Shown here: positions 1-11,749 of the stretch, in pieces
How the letters are laid out: each line of letters begins with the position of its first letter
Numbering within the stretch: position 1 is the first letter of the stretch
NCBI GenBank assembly: GCA_050084985.1
Contig: JBITNC010000002.1
Span: 17,360,001-17,424,000, forward strand
Direction: 5' to 3'
DNA length: 64,000 nucleotides
From: Nageia nagi
Lineage: Eukaryota; Plantae; Pinophyta
Translations under genes and position numbers: made by a program
Notes under the pieces: generated by a model
What the model was told of the DNA's origin: nothing
Database searches by the model: none
The model's input: only the letters and a program-made list of their open reading frames with translations

Positions 1-460
1 TGAGGTGAGACAAGGGGATATAGGGTGAGATAAGGTGCAAGCTAAGAAAGTATTTTTTTAGTCTATGACCTTGTATTTTTTGTAGTCCTTGACCTTGTAT
101 TCCTTTGAATATTGCACATATGTTTTTTTCTTGTATTATTTCTACATTTTTTAGAAATCTCATTTTTTATGTATCCTATAATCAATAAAGCCATGAAATT
201 ATGTTTACATAATGCATCTTATCAAATACATTTTGGTTTTTGTGTATTCTTCCATATTTTTCATGTGTCTAAGGGCTTTTTTAGAAAACTCATTTTGTAT
301 GTATCCTGCAATCATTGCAGAATATAAAATTATTTTTACATCATGTATCTTATCAAATAATTCTCAAGTTTTGTGTATTCTTCCATATTTTTTATACATG
401 TCTATCAGGTCACTCACAACTATGATATACAATTTACAAGCACCAAGTAGACAGATCCAT
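1..460 (-). pseudogene. PPR-fragment module (left part) of a probable second PPR-carrying CACTA-family copy; ~131-bp PPR S/P-motif repeats
   Basis: The minus strand reads LIDMYKKYGRIHKT*ELFDKIHD-type PPR motifs, with 'tgtgtatt' recurring at 241 and 372 (131 bp apart). Region 61-420 is the reverse complement of 25990-26480, and 1-35 resembles the GGTGAGA repeats at 15448-15510. No element terminus is in the window. Confidence 0.75.
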
Positions 461-1685
461 TGTGATGACCTAAAATCATCCTCAGCAAGAATAACTCCAC
501 TACGGTATTCAAACCCTAAACCAATGAAGAAAACACACCCACGTTGGGTCCCTAGGGCACCCAAGGAAACTATAATGCAGATGTGAGCCTCTTAAGGCCT
601 CCACACAACCCCTACACCCTAACATCAGCCCTCTAGGGCACACACCAACACTTGGCACCTCAATGAATGCCTCATAGATGAATATGCAATGCTTAAACAC
701 CCACGAATGCAATAAAGCTTCCTACACTAGTATACAAGAGACACACACACATACATAAATAATGCACAACATAATGGAGAGAGACATAAGCTATATTTTA
801 TTATGGAATGGTATGGAGTATAATGAGGATCTTAATATCTAGATCTAGAGTTCCAAACCCTCTACTAGTCGAATACCAAAGGGAAGACTGACTCCCTCAG
901 ACTTTGAATCCTCTCCTATTAAGGAGCCTCCTCAAACCTTGGCGACCACTGAAGGTAGAAGCTCACCCTCGAAATACCACTGAATGGACTAGGTGACCCA
1001 CCTAAGTTGTAGAATGCTAGGCTCCCAACCTTGTCACTCCTCTAGATGTCATCTAGGAATAATGCTTAGCATCGCTAAGACCTATATGCCTAATTGGGTT
1101 TAGTATAGAAGAAGTATAATCAATAGCTAACCTTCTCATGGAGCTCCATCCTTAATATGCAGCCTCATGTGTCTATCCATCATACCTTGTTATCATCCCA
1201 AGCCAAGTCTATTCTAACGTTGGGGTCAACAAGTCAACCATGCCAACGTGGGGGTCATATTGGTCCAGTATGCCAACATGGGGATCCTATTGGCCTAGTA
1301 TGCTAACGTGGGATTCTCATGGGGTCATAGAGGCCCTCAAGGCTAATGTGTAATCTAATGGGCCTCCTTAAGCTTACATGGGGGTCCAGGTGACCTCATA
1401 AGCCAATGTGGGGTCAGTGGGACCCTCCTAATGCTGGTGTATCCTTCTACTCACTCTAGACTATACAGGACTCATGCCTATGTAGGGATTCCCATAATAT
1501 GGGATAACCCATTACAAACTAATACAACACTACTCAAGGGAGATGTCCCATTACTAAGTTCACAATGGGGTCCACAGACCATAAGCTCCTGGTTGAGTTA
1601 CACATGTACAATATGATCATAAACAAACACTAGATTACAAAGTGACCAAGACACATTTTATCAATGGTCCAAATGGGATGTCACA
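461..1685 (-). repeat. 3' LTR of element A
   Basis: Ends TGTGA...TCACA. Direct repeat of 4877-6113 (7 mismatches in the first 60 nt by hand count). Contains short tandem ccaacrtggggg motifs at ~1215-1430. Confidence 0.93.
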
Positions 1686-2039
1686 AAGCCTCCCCTCTTG
1701 AATTGATTTCCCTTAAGTAATGGTAGGAGATAGCTAAGAGTTATTTTCTAATAATCCTTTAGTATCTTTAATTGCACTTTGCTTCTTTAAAAAACCACCC
1801 AGATATCATGTCCCTCTAGTTGAGGTGAGTCTTCAGTGCTGACTAGTCTACTACCCTGCGAACTCATGATGTATCCATGACCATCACTTCTTAGGATATG
1901 TTCATGGATGAATCTCTCTAACCATAGAACTAAGTGTTCTCTTATAAGGAATTGTACCTATAATATCTTGCAAAAAATGATTATCATCACAAAATGTGTT
2001 GGAATTAGGTCCCTTTTAAGATTCCTACCGATCCCATCA

Positions 2040-2500
2040 AGGAGTAATTCCCCAATCTACAATGTGGGGTTCTAGAACTCTTGAACACTTTGTATAGGTA
2101 CTTCTTCTCTCATCCTCAACATGGGATCCCCTCCTAATTGTAAACCCAATGAAGCTCCCTCTAGTGTCAGCATGTCCAATGTGGGGTTCCAGAACTCCTA
2201 AACACTTTGCATAAGCACTTCTTCTATTCTCATGCTCAACATAAGATCCCCTCCTCCTTGAAAACCTAATGAAGCTCCCTCTGATGTCAACATGTCCAAC
2301 ATGGGGTTCCAATATCCTTGGACACCCAACGTGACTTCCCCAGATGGCCTCCTACCTAATGTGGGGCTCTAACCTCCTTGGCTACCAAATGTGGCTATCC
2401 TATCCCTGTTCAAGATCAACATGGTACTCCAACCTTCTTAACCACCAAACATGGCTATCTTATCCCTATCCAGGATCAACGTGGTCCTCCTAATATCATC
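2040..2500 (-). repeat. Tandem repeats (~118-120 bp, then ~60 bp units) lying where RT-RH-INT would be in element A
   Basis: aatgtggggttc-type starts at 2061, 2178 and 2298. ORF 2037-2312 repeats EPH(V/I)GH.D.RGSFI.F..RRGS.VE. Confidence 0.8.
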
Positions 2501-2563
2501 CCATCCCAACTCCACTAACTCTAGCTGGTTGTTGATCCTCTATGTGTCCTCATCTCGTAGCCC

Positions 2564-3736
2564 CTATAGTGTGTACTCCACTCCATCCATCTCAAATCTC
2601 ATAGTAAGGTTTTGGTAGTTGGTGTGAATGTCACCCAAATCAAACAACCATTCCACCCCTAAAATGATATACAAGTGCCCCATGAGTGGATACAGGTAGA
2701 AGTTCTTCCTTACCACATAACCTTGTAGCTTGATCCCCAATCTCTCCATAGTCCAATCCACCAATGTTAGCTTGCCATTATTATTTGAAACTCAAAATTC
2801 CTCAAAACCCTTGGTCTTCAAGTCCTTCCTCTCTATAAAATTGATGTTAATAAAATTGTGTGATGCCCCTGGATCTATCATCACCATGACATCCTGATCA
2901 TAAGCTTGACCAATTAGCTTCAACATCAAAAACTTCTTTACCTTATGAAGTGAAGCTACCATGCTACCTAATGTGCCCTCCACATGTAGCAATTGTGAGT
3001 CCTCCACCTCCTCATTCAGGTCTAGCTCTAACTCCTTTGAGCTATCCTTAGCAAGCACCTTGATGTGGTGTACATGTCCTTTATCTATGCAATGGTGTCC
3101 TGACTCCCACTTCTTGCAAAAGGAGCATTTTCCCTCCTATCTCAGCTTATTTCTACTGGCATCATCCAACTAATTTGATCCAAGCATGGGGGTGATTTGG
3201 CCTTGCTAGGCCCTTCCCACATCCTCTGATTTGGTGGTACCTTATTATTTGGCCCTCCCTTAAGGGATTTCATTGTAGGCTCCAAGTCATACGTAACTCG
3301 AATGACATTGTCCAAGGTCCTAGGATATGAAATCTTGACCATCCCTCTCAACATTTTGGCTAACCCCTCTATGAATAGGAATGTTAGCATCTCCTTAGGC
3401 ATGTGGTGGATCATCACTACTAGCTTCTCAAACTCCATCACAAACTCATCCAACATCTCTGTCTACCTCAAAGAATTCAAATCTTGAAAGTAATCATTAT
3501 CCTTCTTCCGATTGAACCTCTTCACTAATCAGCCAGTGAACTCCTCAAATGTGGTAATGTGGGCATAGCCTTGACTCACCATACGATGATGCCACCACTC
3601 CAATGCATCTCCTTCCAAATGCAAAATTGATGGCTTCCTCCTCCATCATGCTATGGTTCAAAATAAAGTATGTCTGCAATTGATGCACCCAAGCCCTTAC
3701 CATTATCCTCTTACCAACAAACGTGGGTACTTGCAT
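2564..3736 (-). pseudogene. Frameshifted gag-protease of element A
   Basis: ORFs 3545-3736 (VRAWVHQLQTYF), 3142-3456 (LTFLFIEGL), 2792-3058 (VMIDPGASHNFI) and 2564-2764 (IILGVEWLFDLG). Confidence 0.88.
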
Positions 3737-4876
3737 CTTGTTGATCTTATGTTGTAGATCTCTCTTTCTATCCCACTACCCTCCTGACTTACATTGGCCA
3801 TGTGAGCCACTCTTCAACCCCAGTAGCTCCAAATAATTGCTAAAATTGATGTCTCACCTCACATCTAGATGCAACATGTTGTAGTCTCTGTGATGCTTGT
3901 TTAGTTCCAATGGACCAGCCACCCTTGCTCTAGGGTCTTCTCTCTTTTTTGATGCAAACATGGGCTTGTTTGGCCTAGGAATGATAGGTTGATCATCCCT
4001 TCCTCCAACGTTGGTTTCCAGATACCATTTGAGAAGGGGGCTCTCCTGCTATGGTATTTGCTATGATTGGGATCTTTGGAATTATTACACAAATTATTCC
4101 TTAGACCCATAGATGGAGTCCTTATCTCTCATACTCTTAGATCTCCTCAACGAATGCTCCCCTTCCATATGATCACCCTCTTAAGATCCTTCGAAATCAT
4201 TCTCATCTTGACATGGGGGTGGAGTTGCTTCCTTGGTGTGATGTGGGGTCCTAAAACCCTCATTCTCTCACTGTAACTCCTTTGGACCTTCACTAAGTTG
4301 ATGTGGGCCTTCATGGCCTCCCCTATCACCTCATTGGGCTTTATAGCCTCTCTAAGTGTGGCATGGATCCCGATCCTCACTATACACCACTCGTGGACCA
4401 ACTCCCTCATCTTTGATCCTTTGTCCATGCCTTCTTTTGTTTGAGTCATACCGAGAAGGTTCCTAATAATTTTGTACATGGATCCTTGCTCTCAACTCTT
4501 CTCTTCCTTCTCTTCTCTGTTGATCTCCTTCATCTACCTTGGCCCAATACCGATCCATTCTTTGCTCCAATGATCTCATGGTTCCAGTCATGCTATGTAA
4601 GGATGAGATCAAATCCCTAAACTCCCATTCAAGTGTACCATCCCTATCCTTCCTCCTCTCAACCAGAGGTTCTTCTTATGCTGCTTCCTCAAACCTTGGC
4701 CTTGGGATTTCAACATCTTATCCAATCTAATGTTTGGCCTCTTCCTCCTGATGGCCATCTTTAGATCTCCTACCTCTCCTAATAGATAACATCTCTCTCT
4801 TATTGGATCTGGTGTAATAATGGTAGATCTTGGGTTTCATATAATAGGCTAGTAAGATCTAAGATTTTATACCACT

Positions 4877-6113
4877 TATGATGATCTAAAATCATCCTTA
4901 GAAAAAATAACTCCACTACAGTATTCAAACCCTCAACTAATGAAGCAAACACACCCACATTGGGCCCCTAGGGCACCCAAGGAAACTACACATGCAGACA
5001 TGAGCCTCCCAAGGCCTCCATGTAACCCATAAACCCTGATGTCATCCCTCTAGTGTACACATAAATACTTGGTACCTCAATGAATGCCTCATAGATTAAT
5101 ATACAATGCTTGAACACCCATGAATGCAATAAATCTTCCTACACCAGCATACAAGAGACACACACATACATAAACAATGCATAACATAATGGAGAGAGAT
5201 AAACCTATATTTTATTATTGAATGGTATGGAGTACAATGAGGATCTCAATATCCAAATCTAGGGTTACAAATCCTCTGCTAGCTGAACACCATAGGGAAG
5301 ACTCACTCCCTCAGACTCTGAATCCTCTCCTATGATAGATCCTCCTTGAATCTTGGTGACCACTGAAGGTAGAATCTCACCCTCAGAATACCATCAAATG
5401 GACTAGGTGACCCACCTAAGTCATAAAATGCTAGGATCCCAACCCTGTCACTCCTTTAGACATCATCTAGGAATAATGCTCAACATCGTAAAGACTTGTA
5501 TGCTCAATCAATTTCAGTATAGAAGAAGTATAATCAATAGCTAACCTTCTCATTAAGTTAAATCTTCAATATATAGCCTCCCTTGTCTATCCATCATACC
5601 TCGTTATCATCCCAAGCCAATTCGATTTCAATGTTGGGGTCAACAAGTCAACCATGCCAACATGGGGGTCACATTGGCCTAGTATGCCAACATGGAGGTT
5701 CTATTGGTCCAGTATGCTAATGTGGGGTTCCCATGGTGTGCCAATGTGGGGGTCATAAAGGTCCTCAAGGATGATGTGGGGTCTAATGGGCCTCCTCAAG
5801 CTAACGTGAGGGTCTAAGTGACCTCATAAGCTAACATGGGGAAATCAAGACCTCCCAATGCTAGTGTATTCTTATGCTCACTCTAGATTGTACAAGATTC
5901 ATGCTTATTTAGGGATTCCCATAATCTAGGATAACCCATTACAAACTAATACAACAATACTCAAGGGGATACATCCCAATATTAGGCTCACAGTGGGCTT
6001 TGCAAACCATAAGCTTCTGCTTGAGTTACACATGTACAACATGATCATAAATAAACATTAGATTACAAAGTGACCATGACACATTTTATTAATGGTCCAA
6101 ATGGGACATCACA
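4877..6113 (-). repeat. 5' LTR of element A
   Basis: Direct repeat of 461-1685, adjacent to the PBS and followed by the TSD TCCAT. Confidence 0.93.
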
Positions 6114-6118
6114 TCCAT

Positions 6119-6620
6119 GCACCCAATTCATGGTTTATGGGTATTTTTGTAGTGAATTTCAAAGCTTCCTCAAGATAGCCTTCACAAACCATAATATTCA
6201 ATTTACAATCACCAAGTATACACATTCACATATATAATTCATGGTTTATGAGTATTTTGGAATTCAAGTTCATAATGCTTCCTCAATATAACCTTTATGA
6301 ACCATAACATTCAATTTACAAGCAAGTAAATACATCCACATACCCAATTTAGGGTTTATGGGTATTTTGGTAGTAAAGTTTGAAGCTCAACAATGCATGT
6401 ATAATGATTCATCCCAAGAATAATGTAATAAGAGTCAGTCAGATAAAAGATTTTAAAGGCATCCTTGTTGTAGCCATGAATTGCATATCCTCCAATCATT
6501 ACATTATATGAACCTATGTTTGTATCATGCATCTTGTCAAATAAGTCTTGGGCCTTGTGTATTCTTCCATACTCTGCATGCATGCCTATTAGAAAATTCA
6601 TAACCACAACATTTGATGCA
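6119..6620 (-). pseudogene. PLS-class PPR gene fragment plus ~2.5 copies of the 111-bp PPR-derived repeat
   Basis: ORF 6356-6607 reads ...LIGMHAEYGRIHKAQDLFDKMHDTNIGSYNVMIGGYAIHGYNKDAFKIF...GMNHYTCIV. It continues across the empty site of element A into 420-460. Confidence 0.85.
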
Positions 6621-6621
6621 A

Positions 6622-8250
6622 TGATCTTAAATAACTAGGGATGAGGGGGGGACTCAACTCACTGGTCAAGGAGCTTTTCCCCAATGACTAATGAACTCCT
6701 GCAAATGGTTGACTTCTAGAGAAACCTTGTTAACTTGATCAGTAATCTGAAACCAGATGTCATAGAAAATGATGAGCTTGTCAGCCAAAGAAAAATCTAT
6801 AGAAGGAACTTTCCTAGAAAAAATAACTGCATTCCACTCTTTCCATAAATGGAACATAATTCTAATTTAGAAAATCTTCCAAAAATCTTCCAAAGGCATG
6901 CAAAAATCTGGGGGATCTCCAAAGAGATTGTTAAGCTAGGAAAGAGGTTGCTACGAAAAATGGTTGGAAAAAGGAAATCATCTATTTCCATGCCTTTTGA
7001 GATTTACCATAATGCCAAATCAAATGCATAACTAACTCTTCAGAGTTACAAAATGAGCATAAAAGATTAACAACCCCCAAGTGTGTAAGCTTGTTCCCTA
7101 TAGGTAGACCGTGGAAAATCAAACTCCATGCAAAATAAGCTTGCTTAGGTTAAATATATCTAGCCCACATAATCTTGTATTGAGCACTCCACTCAAATAT
7201 AGTGGAGGGGAGGCACCAATGCTCATTAAGCTTAGGAACCATGGGAAGATTGGGAGAAATCCAATTGTAATCCTCTTAGTCCTGTAATTAAAAATTGGAG
7301 AATCCTTGATCCATTTCCTTTCTATCCATCATGGGCATTGCAAATGTTGTCCAAGATTGGGTCATGATGAAAATGGAGTGCAATTGAGCATTATTTCGTA
7401 TGTATCCTTATCCTTAGATTTCATAGGAAATCTAAGTTTGAAATCCTCATAGGGAATCCACCCTTTAGAGGAATGATTAAAAAATCAAAGCGGGAGGTAA
7501 TAACTTTTTAGAAGAATTTCTTGGCTTAAATCCATTGAATGGAATCAAGAGGTTGATTCTACAACTTGATAATAGAAGACCATCAGACATTAAGGGAAGT
7601 AAGAGTAGACATCTTGAAATACCTATGAAACTAGACCTTGGTGAGGTGTGTAACATGGTGTAGAGGGGAAGGGAGATAGGTGTACATGCAGAAGGAGGAA
7701 TCGTGAGGAGTCATGGGTAGAAGAGGAATTTCCATTCAAGAGATTGAAATCTCCTCAGGCGAGTGTGAAGAGCAAGAAGCTGGTGGAAAAAATGAATGAG
7801 AGTTTTGTGAAAGAAAAATAGGGAGTGGGGAAGGTGATGAATGTACAAGGAAATACAAGAGTGAGCAATGGACAAGGCTGAGCCATGATTTAGAATACTT
7901 AGAGTATGGTGGCAATGGTTGATCTTCCAAATGAAAGAAGGTAAGGTAAAGAACAACAAGGAAATGAGTGGTGCAGTTTGTGAGGAGAAACAAGAGTGCA
8001 TAACAAACATGGTTGGAAATTGATTTGGAATACCCATACCAAAAAGGTCATGGTGATCTTTCCGAATTGGGAAGATTCGGGAAAGGATGTTAGGGGGATA
8101 GATGGTGTAGGAACAATAGGAAATATTGATATACATAACTACCACACCAAGGTATGGCTTCATAGGAACCTCTCAATATCTCTTCTCTCTCATAAGTATT
8201 CCTTTTCTTTCCTTTTTATGAAAAATTAGGTATCAACCTGGTATTTAAGC
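6622..8250 (+). mobile_element. Possible orphan LTR followed by a degenerate PBS
   Basis: PPR similarity stops abruptly at ~6620. The segment runs TGAT...ATCA (8235) and is followed by tggtatttaagc (8239-8250), resembling the iMet PBS tggtatcagagc. No partner LTR or TSD was found. Confidence 0.35.
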
Positions 8251-9389
8251 TTGAGATTTATCCTTTATTAGAAGTTTTTCAAAAGTCTAATCTGTCTTTA
8301 CAAAAAAACAAAAATTATTTAGAGATTTGGCGATCTGCATTTTCTTTTCTCGAGTGAATTTTTTCTTGTGATTTTTGTCATGTTTGGAGTTGGGAGATGT
8401 ACCATCTTACTTGATTTTTGTTATCTTGTATGGGAATTAGTGTTGCCTTTCAACATCCTTCATTCACATTTAAATTGACCTATTTTCAACTCATACTATC
8501 AGGTGTTCATAATTTATAAGTTATCATAACCTGGCTTGGCAAGTTGGACAATTTGACCAGATATTAAGCCCAAATGATGCAAGACATCTTTTTGATAAGA
8601 AAAATGTACCTTTTTTCCAAGAATTGGATACACATTGATCTATACTTTAATAGATCCTTCATCCTCATTCTCTAATCTTTACCTCAATTTAGGTTATGCA
8701 TGTACTTTTCTAAGGGAAGAAGGGAAATTTCATGGTAACCATGAGTCATGATGATTTTGGCAATCTTGACTATATCTACGAAGGTATCAAGTAATATGTA
8801 TGGTATTTATTTCTAATTTGGCCTTTGGGAATATCTGTTCTTTCTCTCCACCTTCATCGGTGATACAGAAAGTATACATTATATATTTGTGCTAAGAATA
8901 CCTTCATCCTTATGGTAGGAAATACTTTATCTTTGTTGATATCATTTATTGAAAATTTATAGGCTTAGCTTATTTTAGCTCTCCATCTTTGGGAATAGTC
9001 TATCTTCAGGATTTTGACTAGATAGAGGAAGAAAACTCAACTTAGATAAGGATATATAATTGTATTAACATAATCAAACCTCAGGCCACATGTACATCTT
9101 AGGCTAAAGAAGTTTTACTCAAAACCTTCTAGTGTACATACGAAATAAGATGTAGGAAGACTACCTTGTATGAAAAAAGATTCATTCCTTGATAACAAAT
9201 GGAGATTGTAGAAACAACGACTAACTAGTTGCTTGATTAGAAAAAAAAAAACATTCCTTATGCAAGTAAAAAATAGGAATCATAAGATATATAGGAACTT
9301 ATTTTTACAATTAGGGATTACTTTGACTTCAGATTTTATTTACAGGAATAATATACGAACATGGATCATATCTTTGAGTGTATGGGATG

Positions 9390-10360
9390 GGTCCCATTGA
9401 GCGTGCCAAAAATTGTTGATCGAAAATGATGTAGGATATGTTGGGCTAAGATCATACTAGCCAACATTGGATGGAATGTGTGTCCAACCTCCAATTTTAT
9501 AAGTCATTTCTTAGATGAATTGCCTCCTCTGAGAACTCACCACCCATTGATAGAGTATCAGATCCCTTTGTTAAAATAGTCTCCTTAATAAGAGAACACG
9601 TCCCTAGATCAAGCAAATAAAACTTTGGGACCTTGGGACAACCAACCCATAGACAAAGTGACCAACATCCTATGAGTGCATGTACTCTTAGTTAAAGATG
9701 TAGACTATAAGGTCGAGGTTTCATAGTTCAATTTTGATTTTGTCAAGTTAGAGACATGCTCCACTAAGCATGGCGTGCCTTTTTGTGTTAGTGTCAAAAG
9801 TGCTAGAAAGTAAGAGATAAGGGTGTTAGAAAGAGTCTAACTATCAGAGAATATAAGAGGTACTTGAAAGGAATGGGGAAAGGGTGAAGCATAGGTCCAA
9901 CCTGGGCTTCCAACTCAGTGCACCAAAACCATGGTGAGGACACCCAATGCACAACCATAGATAGAATTCAAACTCAGATATTCATAGCAAGAGGGCTCAG
10001 CATAACAACTACTAATATATCAACTTCCCACATCCAAATGTAGAAAGAATAAATCGAATCCATCCCTATGAACACCTAGAAATACAGACATTGAAATAGA
10101 AGAGCAAACATGAGCCAATCCAATTTGATGTAGCATAAGCAGTTTTTCATTATAAAAGAAAAATGTTGAATAATCCTCCCATAATACAATACTGAGCTCT
10201 CTATTTATAATAGATGAGTCCTTTTAGAAAAATACAAAAATCCTAATTATAGGTTCTCTAATACTTTAACTAACTCGTAATCCTACTACTGCAATTTGCT
10301 AGTTATACTATTTATAATAAGATATTAATTCAATAAACTAAAACATCACTACAAGATCCA
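9390..10360 (-). mobile_element. Possible 5' LTR + PBS of a Tat-like gypsy element (degenerate)
   Basis: The reverse complement reads ...tcaaca-attt-ttggcacgctcaatgggac, resembling the TGGCACGCCCAGTGGGAC-type PBS. There is a minus-strand TATA-like ctattataaatagagag at ~10197-10213. The right boundary is uncertain. Confidence 0.35.
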
Positions 10361-10368
10361 CATTTAGA

Positions 10369-10653
10369 AGTTACGAAATGTTACACCAAAAGGTTGACAT
10401 GTTAGTGAATACACATATCTAGGATCTTAACATTTCACCATGCTTTGCATTTGACATCTTTGGCAGCTCTCACTTGTGGAGGCTTTCATTCATGGTGGTT
10501 CTTACTCTAGCCTTTGCTAGATATCCCTTTCCATGGTATCCCTTTTCAGGGATTCAAACTTGGGATGAATGGCCTACTCTGATACCAAATGTTACAAACT
10601 GTTACACTAAAAGGCTAACCTATTAGTGAATTTGCACATCCAAGATCTTAAAA
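10369..10653 (-). mobile_element. Miniature LTR retrotransposon (TRIM/SMART-like), 285 bp
   Basis: Gap-free 64-bp direct repeats at 10369-10432 and 10590-10653 (49/64 identical, consensus TGTTA...TAACA). TSD TTAGA at 10364-10368 and 10654-10658. iMet PBS (rc tggtatcagag) at 10577-10587. Confidence 0.85.
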
Positions 10654-11749
10654 TTAGATCACTTTAGGATATTATTACAATCTTTGTACATAGCTTGATT
10701 AACACAGGCTAATATTTCATGCATGAATTCTCAATTCAAATAGTGAAATGAGTTAACTGATGTAATGGTCCTTATACACATGCTCATATCTAGGAAAAGA
10801 TCATTGGTGGAAGGATATTACACTCTAAGACTTCTACATATTTTTCATTGTTACTTATAATGCCTAAGTCTTGTGCTACATGCACAATATATAGATTGTG
10901 CCTCAATCCTTGGGTAATTTTGGGATTTTATTGTATAAACGATATGCCCGATAAATTGTTGCTTTTCTCTTCTATTGGTTGGTATCATAATTCAACTAGA
11001 CTCAATTTTATATTTGTTAAATTTTCCCCTGCTACATGTGAGACATGCCAAGCATTATTACTAGGGATCTCCCACGGAGGCAAATTATGCTCTAGGTTTT
11101 CTTTCCACCTTCCATTAGTTGGCCAAGCCTTCATTTATTCTTCCTTTCCTTAGCTTTTCATTATCAATAGTAGGATATATAATGAATGACATCATTTCCT
11201 TGAGGTTAATTGGTCTTGGTATTTTTAACATTAGCCTCCTCCTGCTAAGTTTGACTCAAGGGCTTAAATCCTTACAGCTTTTCTCTCATTGAACGACTAC
11301 TTCCTTTTATTGGATATTTGATGTTTTTCTACTGACATCGTCCAACATAGTGAGCCAACTTTGGTTAGTTGGTTGCTGGTGTCAATAGATTGGGATTCCC
11401 GACCTTGGTTCATTTTGAAGTCCTCTTTCGCTGCTAACATCTCATGATAGGGTATTACTTTTGATTGCTCTTCCTTTTTGGGAGTTCATTGTTCTTCTAT
11501 TGATGTCATCTATTCAAACTTCTAGCAATATTTTCCCTTTGGATGACCTTGATAGGATGACTCTATCCTCAACTCAGAAGCTTTTAAAATGGTTAATCTT
11601 ATCCGAATCGAGTCTTTTGTCATTTGGAACTTGTATCACCATTAGGAGATCTAGGCATCAAACAAGCCTCCATGTTGAAGGGGAATATTCTCAGATTATA
11701 TCCTAACATTCAAGTAGCATACATGGACTTGGAGGGAGTTCCAACCAAT

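Larger units (their letters stand above)
461..6113 (-). mobile_element. Non-autonomous Ty3/gypsy LTR retrotransposon A (gag + aspartic protease only, degenerate)
   Basis: LTRs at 461-1685 and 4877-6113. 5-bp TSD TCCAT at 456-460 and 6114-6118. Degenerate tRNA-iMet PBS (rc tggtataaaatc) at 4863-4874 and PPT (rc aagaggggaggctt) at 1686-1699. Gag fragments at 3142-3736 and protease VMIDPGASHNFI...ILGVEWL at 2564-3058. No RT/RH/INT motifs seen. Confidence 0.93.

Noticed and set aside
7711-8229. 150-aa His/Phe-rich ORF
   Set aside because: It is a by-product of purine/pyrimidine strand skew in probable LTR sequence, with no motif or splice support.
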